Positions 54,560-58,834 of a DNA stretch of 58,834 nt are shown here, in pieces (the first letter of the stretch is position 1; each line of letters begins with the position of its first letter). The DNA lies in the IMG/VR virus record IMGVR_UViG_3300044983_000128, positions 1 to 58,834 of that record; one strand, 5' to 3'. The translations under genes and the position numbers were made by a program. The notes below the pieces were generated by a model. That model made no database searches and was not told where the DNA came from. It saw only the letters and a list, made by a program, of their open reading frames with translations. This stretch comes from a virus. Lineage: Duplodnaviria; Caudoviricetes.

Positions 54560-56197
54560 ATGAAACGATTCTTCGCCCTGCTTCTGGCGGCACTTCCCGC
54601 CTTCGGCCAGAGTAATTTACCTTCCAGCGTTTACGACGATTGGGCTGGTACAAATTCGGTCATCACCATGCCTCAGGGCACGTACACGCTGCCAGGCACC
54701 GCACCGCTGTGGCTGCATCGGTCGGGCGTCACGATAGAGTTCGCCGGATGTACGCTGCTGGTCAACCCCGCCGACAAGGCGAACGACGGCTTCTATCCCA
54801 TCCAAGTCGCGAGCTTGCCCGGCACGAACGCCTGGGTCACAGGCGGCAACACGCGGCACATCTCGCATCTCTCTGGAAGTATCTCGGAATGCACGACGCA
54901 GCTCACGATGGACCCCGCCGAGGTGATGCCGCTGACGGCCGGTGAGCGCGTGCTGATATGGGCGGGCGCAACGCCGAGCGACCCGGTTGAGCCAGCGGCG
55001 TTCATCCCGGCAACGGTGGCCGGCGTGACCAACGGCGTCGTGACGTTCGCGGCACCCCTGGGCAAGCTCATCCCGAACTACGGCTCGCTGGCGGGCATGA
55101 GCAACGTCACCGAGGCGGGCCTGCAATGGAAGATTGGCGCATGGGGGACGTGGCCGTCCGGTGCGAACTTCAGCAAGGGCTACGGCGTTGACCACGGCCT
55201 CGAGCGATTCGTCGGCGGCATGGTGCATGATATCACGCTGAACGACGTGACGCTCCAGAACGCCCTCGTGGACGCCGCGCACAGCCCGAATGCGATGTGG
55301 GACATCTCGGCGGTGGCGGTGCAGGGCTTCACGCTGCGGAACGCGAGAATCACCAATCCGCACGGCAACACCATCCATCTATGGCGCAGCTTCGACACGC
55401 TCGTGGACGGGGCGCACTTCTGCGGCGCAGGTCGGTCGAAGATAAACAACTCGCTCGTGAGCGAGGCGTTCGCGCTCACGGCTTGGGGCGGGGACCGGCT
55501 GACCTACACGAACATCAATATCGGCGGCACTGACACGACGGCGTTCAACACCGAGGTCGGCAGCGACAACATAGCGGTCAACGGCCTGACCGTGGACGTG
55601 GAGTTCACGAGCGCGAGGAACTATCCAAGCTCGCCGACCCTCTTGAACTTCCATGCGACGCATTGGCCGCGGGTGACGGACACAAGCCTGCGGGCGGTGA
55701 CGACGGGTGGCTCGGCGCACAGCTATTACAGCTACGACCCCGTCGCGTTCTACGGTGGGCTGACGTTCCCCGGCACGAGCCTCACGTCATGGTTCGACTT
55801 CGGCTATCAGAAGTTCCCGACGTTGAACGGCACGGTGACGCTGGGCGGCGTGACGTACGGGCCTGCGGTGGCGCTCAGCACCAACGTGACGCTGCTGCAT
55901 GGCGCGGGCTTCCGCGACTTGACACCGCCCGAAGGCGTCTATCCAGCAGGCAGGTTCCGGCTCACGACGGTCGGCTCGCTGCGCTCGGCTACCGATTCGC
56001 AGGGTGGCACGTACAACTGGGCGGCATTGACCAACGGCCAGTGGGTCGTGGTGCTGCCCAACGTGTGGCACTCCATCGCGCCGGGCGACACCGCGCTGGC
56101 CAGCTACATGAGCAAGTACATCCGGTTCTGGTTCAACTCGCCGAGCGTAAACGATGCTGTCGTGGAGTTCGAGGCGACGGTGCTGCCGCGGCAATAA
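54560..56197 (+). CDS. Secreted pectin-lyase-like beta-helix (tailspike-like) protein
   Basis: MKRFFALLLAALPAFG-Q signal; ITMPQGTY..L.RSGVTIE and DITLNDVTL rungs. Confidence 0.65.
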   Translation: MKRFFALLLAALPAFGQSNLPSSVYDDWAGTNSVITMPQGTYTLPGTAPLWLHRSGVTIEFAGCTLLVNPADKANDGFYPIQVASLPGTNAWVTGGNTRHISHLSGSISECTTQLTMDPAEVMPLTAGERVLIWAGATPSDPVEPAAFIPATVAGVTNGVVTFAAPLGKLIPNYGSLAGMSNVTEAGLQWKIGAWGTWPSGANFSKGYGVDHGLERFVGGMVHDITLNDVTLQNALVDAAHSPNAMWDISAVAVQGFTLRNARITNPHGNTIHLWRSFDTLVDGAHFCGAGRSKINNSLVSEAFALTAWGGDRLTYTNINIGGTDTTAFNTEVGSDNIAVNGLTVDVEFTSARNYPSSPTLLNFHATHWPRVTDTSLRAVTTGGSAHSYYSYDPVAFYGGLTFPGTSLTSWFDFGYQKFPTLNGTVTLGGVTYGPAVALSTNVTLLHGAGFRDLTPPEGVYPAGRFRLTTVGSLRSATDSQGGTYNWAALTNGQWVVVLPNVWHSIAPGDTALASYMSKYIRFWFNSPSVNDAVVEFEATVLPRQ

Positions 56198-56235
56198 GAA
56201 TTGGCAGGCAAGGAGCAGGCGGGGTAAATTGGGCG

Positions 56236-56586
56236 ATGGAAAATAGGGAAATTGCAGGCTGGTCGGTTGACAAGCTCCACGAGCATATCCGCACCCTTAT
56301 CGACGAGCGCGACAAACGGTATGAACAGGGTGCGAAAGCGCAAAAGGAAGCGGTGGAAACCGCCTTGGCATCAGCGGAGCGCGCAGTCGAGAAGGCGGAA
56401 GCCATCAACACCGCATGGCGCATTAACGCAAACGAGTGGCGCGCCGCAATGAGCGACAAGGACAAGTTGTATCTGACCAAAGCCGAGGCCAGGAGCGACT
56501 TCCGCACGATGCTGGCACTCACCGGGCTCATGGTGACGATCATGTCGGTGGTCGTTGGAATCGTCATACAGCTGTTTAAGCATTGA
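56236..56586 (+). CDS. Coiled-coil protein with C-terminal TM (lysis-region)
   Basis: ERDKRYEQ...ALASAERAVEKAE..NEWR; promoter TTGGCA-18-TAAATT-5-ATG. Confidence 0.65.
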   Translation: MENREIAGWSVDKLHEHIRTLIDERDKRYEQGAKAQKEAVETALASAERAVEKAEAINTAWRINANEWRAAMSDKDKLYLTKAEARSDFRTMLALTGLMVTIMSVVVGIVIQLFKH

Positions 56587-56611
56587 CGCTGCAAGCGGGG
56601 TGAATCCCCCA

Positions 56612-56640
56612 TTGCCTCAGCGCACCGCGACTGGTATGTT
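56612..56640 (+). promoter_or_regulatory. Leaderless sigma70-type promoter
   Basis: TTGCCT-17-TATGTT-5-ATG. Confidence 0.6.
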
Positions 56641-56645
56641 GTGCT

Positions 56646-56876
56646 ATGGCTAAGGATCACGACCACGGACAAGATGATGGAATCGCAAGATTGCTCGTCG
56701 AAATCCGCAATGTGTTAAGCGACACTGAGCGCCGGAACAACGAACGGCACCACGAGTTGCTTGTAGCACTTGCGGGCCGCATCTCGGAGGCGGACCAGCG
56801 GTTGCTCACTGGGCTGCTGAAGCGGTCAGAGATGATCGCGAAGAAGCTCGAAGCTCTGGACGCCAAGACACCATAA
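56646..56876 (+). CDS. Small helical protein
   Basis: C-terminal DQRLL...KLEALDAKTP matches the next gene. Confidence 0.65.
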   Translation: MAKDHDHGQDDGIARLLVEIRNVLSDTERRNNERHHELLVALAGRISEADQRLLTGLLKRSEMIAKKLEALDAKTP

Positions 56877-56911
56877 ACCGCCCGAGTGGGCACAACGAAA
56901 GAGAAATACAA

Positions 56912-57157
56912 ATGTCAGCTATCTCTGACTACGCAGCGAAAGCAAACGCATTTAACGACCGCATTGACAGCGCTGTAACCGGCCTGCAAGGCGACGTTCA
57001 GGCGTTAAACGACCTAATCGTCAAATTGCAAGGGACGCAGGGCCAAGTGACGCCGGAAGACCAAGCGCTCCTGGACCAGTTGCAGGCCCGTGCGGAAACC
57101 ATCGCCACCAAGGTTGAGGCACTCGATGCCCTGACCCCGCCGACACCTCCGGTCTAA
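56912..57157 (+). CDS. Small coiled-coil protein
   Basis: DQALL...KVEALDALTP; followed by terminator. Confidence 0.75.
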   Translation: MSAISDYAAKANAFNDRIDSAVTGLQGDVQALNDLIVKLQGTQGQVTPEDQALLDQLQARAETIATKVEALDALTPPTPPV

Positions 57158-57178
57158 CTAACCTCAGTACCAAACATG

Positions 57179-57207
57179 CCCGTCACAGTGTCCCTGTGGC
57201 GGGTTTT
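57179..57207 (+). terminator. Intrinsic terminator
   Basis: CCCGTCACAG-tgtcc-CTGTGGCGGG-TTTT. Confidence 0.7.
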
Positions 57208-57254
57208 GGGGATTGAGCGTTGACGGCACCCGAAGCGGAGCACACCATGCCAGC

Positions 57255-57611
57255 ATGAACATTATTATCGCAGCCATCCTTGCTCAAACCAACATCCCGC
57301 CAGTTGTGCCCGACCCGCTGCACACCAGCCAAACCGAGCTTTGGAAGTATGCCATTGCTGTCGTCACACCATTGGCAATTTCCCTCGTAAAATGGGGCGT
57401 ACCGAAAGTGCCGAAATTGCTGCTCCCATCGCTGGCACCATTCGTCGGCATCGCCTTGGGGTTCGCTTTGAACGCGGTCGGCATGGCGCATGTGACGTGG
57501 GTTGACGGCGCTTTGCTAGGCGGCTTCGGCGTGGCGATTCGCGAGGTGCTGGATCAGGCGGTCAAACTTCAGCAAAGCCAAGGCTCGAAGGCGGGCATCT
57601 CAGGAGACTGA
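57255..57611 (+). CDS. Holin-like membrane protein
   Basis: Three hydrophobic segments, LPSLAPFVGIALG, charged tail; promoter TTGACG(57220)-17-CACCAT-6-ATG. Confidence 0.6.
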   Translation: MNIIIAAILAQTNIPPVVPDPLHTSQTELWKYAIAVVTPLAISLVKWGVPKVPKLLLPSLAPFVGIALGFALNAVGMAHVTWVDGALLGGFGVAIREVLDQAVKLQQSQGSKAGISGD

Positions 57612-57727
57612 TGGGGTGGATTACCATGACCCCGCGCCAACGACTCGCCCGCTGGATTACCGATGGTGTTTGCATCCTCGCGGTGGCTCTGTTCATTTTG
57701 GTAGTGCTCTTGGCATTGCGCCATTGA
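57611..57727 (+). CDS. 38-aa single-TM peptide (not in ORF track)
   Basis: MGWITMTPRQRLARWITDGVCILAVALFILVVLLALRH; TGATG coupling. Confidence 0.45.
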   Translation: MGWITMTPRQRLARWITDGVCILAVALFILVVLLALRH

Positions 57728-57768
57728 CAATGTGCTCTGCCCCGGCGCTTATCTCTACGCACCCACAA

Positions 57769-58834
57769 ATGAAGACACACTCTACATTGCCGTGGTCGGT
57801 CGCAGGCTCACGCGCTTCTTCACGATGGACGGCGGTGAAGCGGGCACTTGGGCCATCAACACGACGTTCGCTATGCGTCACGGCTTTTTTATGCGCCTGC
57901 ATGTGGCTCCCCGGAAACTGCGTAGCCGACATCGTGACGTTAACATTGGCATGGGACCCCTCGCAGGTAACGGCCAACAACCCAGCGGCGGTGAGTTATC
58001 GCCTGTACATGGCGATAGGCTCAGGCTCTTTCAACCTTACTACGACTGTTCAAGCGACCCCAACGCCGACGGTACAGGTCGCTGGTGTGGACACGAGCGT
58101 CCAAACAAGGTTCTTCGTGACGGGCGTGGGGGCCAACGGCAACGAGAGCGGCCAGAGCAACACGCTGACGAACGCACCAACGGTAGTGCCACCGCCAACG
58201 GGAGTCATCGGCATATCGACGCCAATCCTGACGGCGACCAACCTCGTGCGGGGTGCAACAATAACGGGCACGGCGCGCTTCACCAACGGCACAACGGCGA
58301 CGGTGCAGGTCAACCAAGGCTGGCTGACGGCGCGGCAACCGGGCGCGTCAAACCAAAGCGGGCCGTTCGACGATTGGAGTCCGGGCATACCGTCGCAGGC
58401 CGTGAATCCAGGCCAAATCGTGACGCTGACAGCATCGTGGGTCGTGCGGGCCGACGCGCCGTTCGGGACGTGGCAGGTGCACTTAGCCGTGCAGGTCGGC
58501 GGCGTCTATAACGACGGGCCAACAACGCCGTTCAACGTGGTGACGAACGTGCCGCCACCGACACAGCCTCCGTTGCCTCCAAGCAACTTGAGAATTGTTC
58601 CAGTGACGAGCACGCGCGTGGACTTGTTCTGGACCAACGGCGACTCGCAGGCGAGGACCGAGGTTGAGGAACGCAAGGAGCAGGACGCCTTCAAGCGCAT
58701 TGTCACGGTGTCGGCGGGCACGGCGACCTATGTACGGACCAACCTACGGCGGAAGAACGACTACGCCTATCGCATAAGGGCGACGAAGAATGGTCTCGTA
58801 TCGGATTATTCCAACGTCGTGCTCAGGCCGGCGA
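57769..58834 (+). CDS. Secreted FN3-domain protein (~356 aa, continues to position 132; absent from ORF track)
   Basis: Signal-like RRSLCVTAFLCACMWLPGNCVA; LTLAWDPS..SYRLY..NESGQSN and PPSNL..VDLFWTN FN3 motifs; open across the circular junction. Confidence 0.85.
   Translation, partial: MKTHSTLPWSVAGSRASSRWTAVKRALGPSTRRSLCVTAFLCACMWLPGNCVADIVTLTLAWDPSQVTANNPAAVSYRLYMAIGSGSFNLTTTVQATPTPTVQVAGVDTSVQTRFFVTGVGANGNESGQSNTLTNAPTVVPPPTGVIGISTPILTATNLVRGATITGTARFTNGTTATVQVNQGWLTARQPGASNQSGPFDDWSPGIPSQAVNPGQIVTLTASWVVRADAPFGTWQVHLAVQVGGVYNDGPTTPFNVVTNVPPPTQPPLPPSNLRIVPVTSTRVDLFWTNGDSQARTEVEERKEQDAFKRIVTVSAGTATYVRTNLRRKNDYAYRIRATKNGLVSDYSNVVLRPA
58708..58834. repeat. 127-bp copy of bases 1-127
   Basis: Exact match to the window start. 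Confidence 0.97.

Noticed and set aside
57732-58511. 259-aa ORF from the ORF track
   Set aside because: Alternate frame of the FN3 gene starting at 57769, which has clear domain motifs and was missed only because it crosses the contig end
58708-58834. 127-bp terminal repeat as a biological direct terminal repeat
   Set aside because: It falls mid-gene and its length equals a common assembler k-mer; best read as circular-assembly overlap
1-58834. Stop-codon reassignment
   Set aside because: Core genes are full length in the standard code and all three stops are used at coupled junctions

Overview
The window is an apparently complete, circularly assembled genome (about 58,707 bp plus a 127-bp end overlap) of a tailed dsDNA phage with podovirus-like architecture. 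It has a terminase, a large portal, tail tubular/nozzle proteins, three ejection proteins including a 2,250-aa LPD38-type polyvalent protein, a scaffold and a major capsid protein, and no tape measure. The minus-strand arm (0.4-25 kb) holds many small translationally coupled genes, recombination/nuclease genes, an adenine MTase, a PAPS-reductase-family gene, a lambda-O/DnaC-style replication pair, the portal and TerL. It is interrupted by a plus-strand early island (7.8-11.3 kb). The plus-strand arm (25-58.8 kb) is morphogenesis. I see no integrase, DNA polymerase, tRNA, CRISPR array or recognisable endolysin. A Verrucomicrobia-like host is an inference only. The most unusual system is a block of tail-fibre/tailspike-like proteins right after the capsid gene that all carry Sec signal peptides and are strongly enriched in Thr-Asn; two of them share a mature N-terminal motif. 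Beside it are a cytoplasmic glycosyltransferase/methyltransferase cluster between scaffold and capsid genes and an unusually Cys-rich virion. Other signals: a probable -1 frameshift exposing a hidden CxxC tail, an integron attC site inside the phage, four covarying C4/CI-like RNA leaders, a C-terminal motif shared by the scaffold and a small protein, and two RNAP alpha-CTD mimics. All protein calls come from motif recognition by eye, and all counts are manual; no searches were run.
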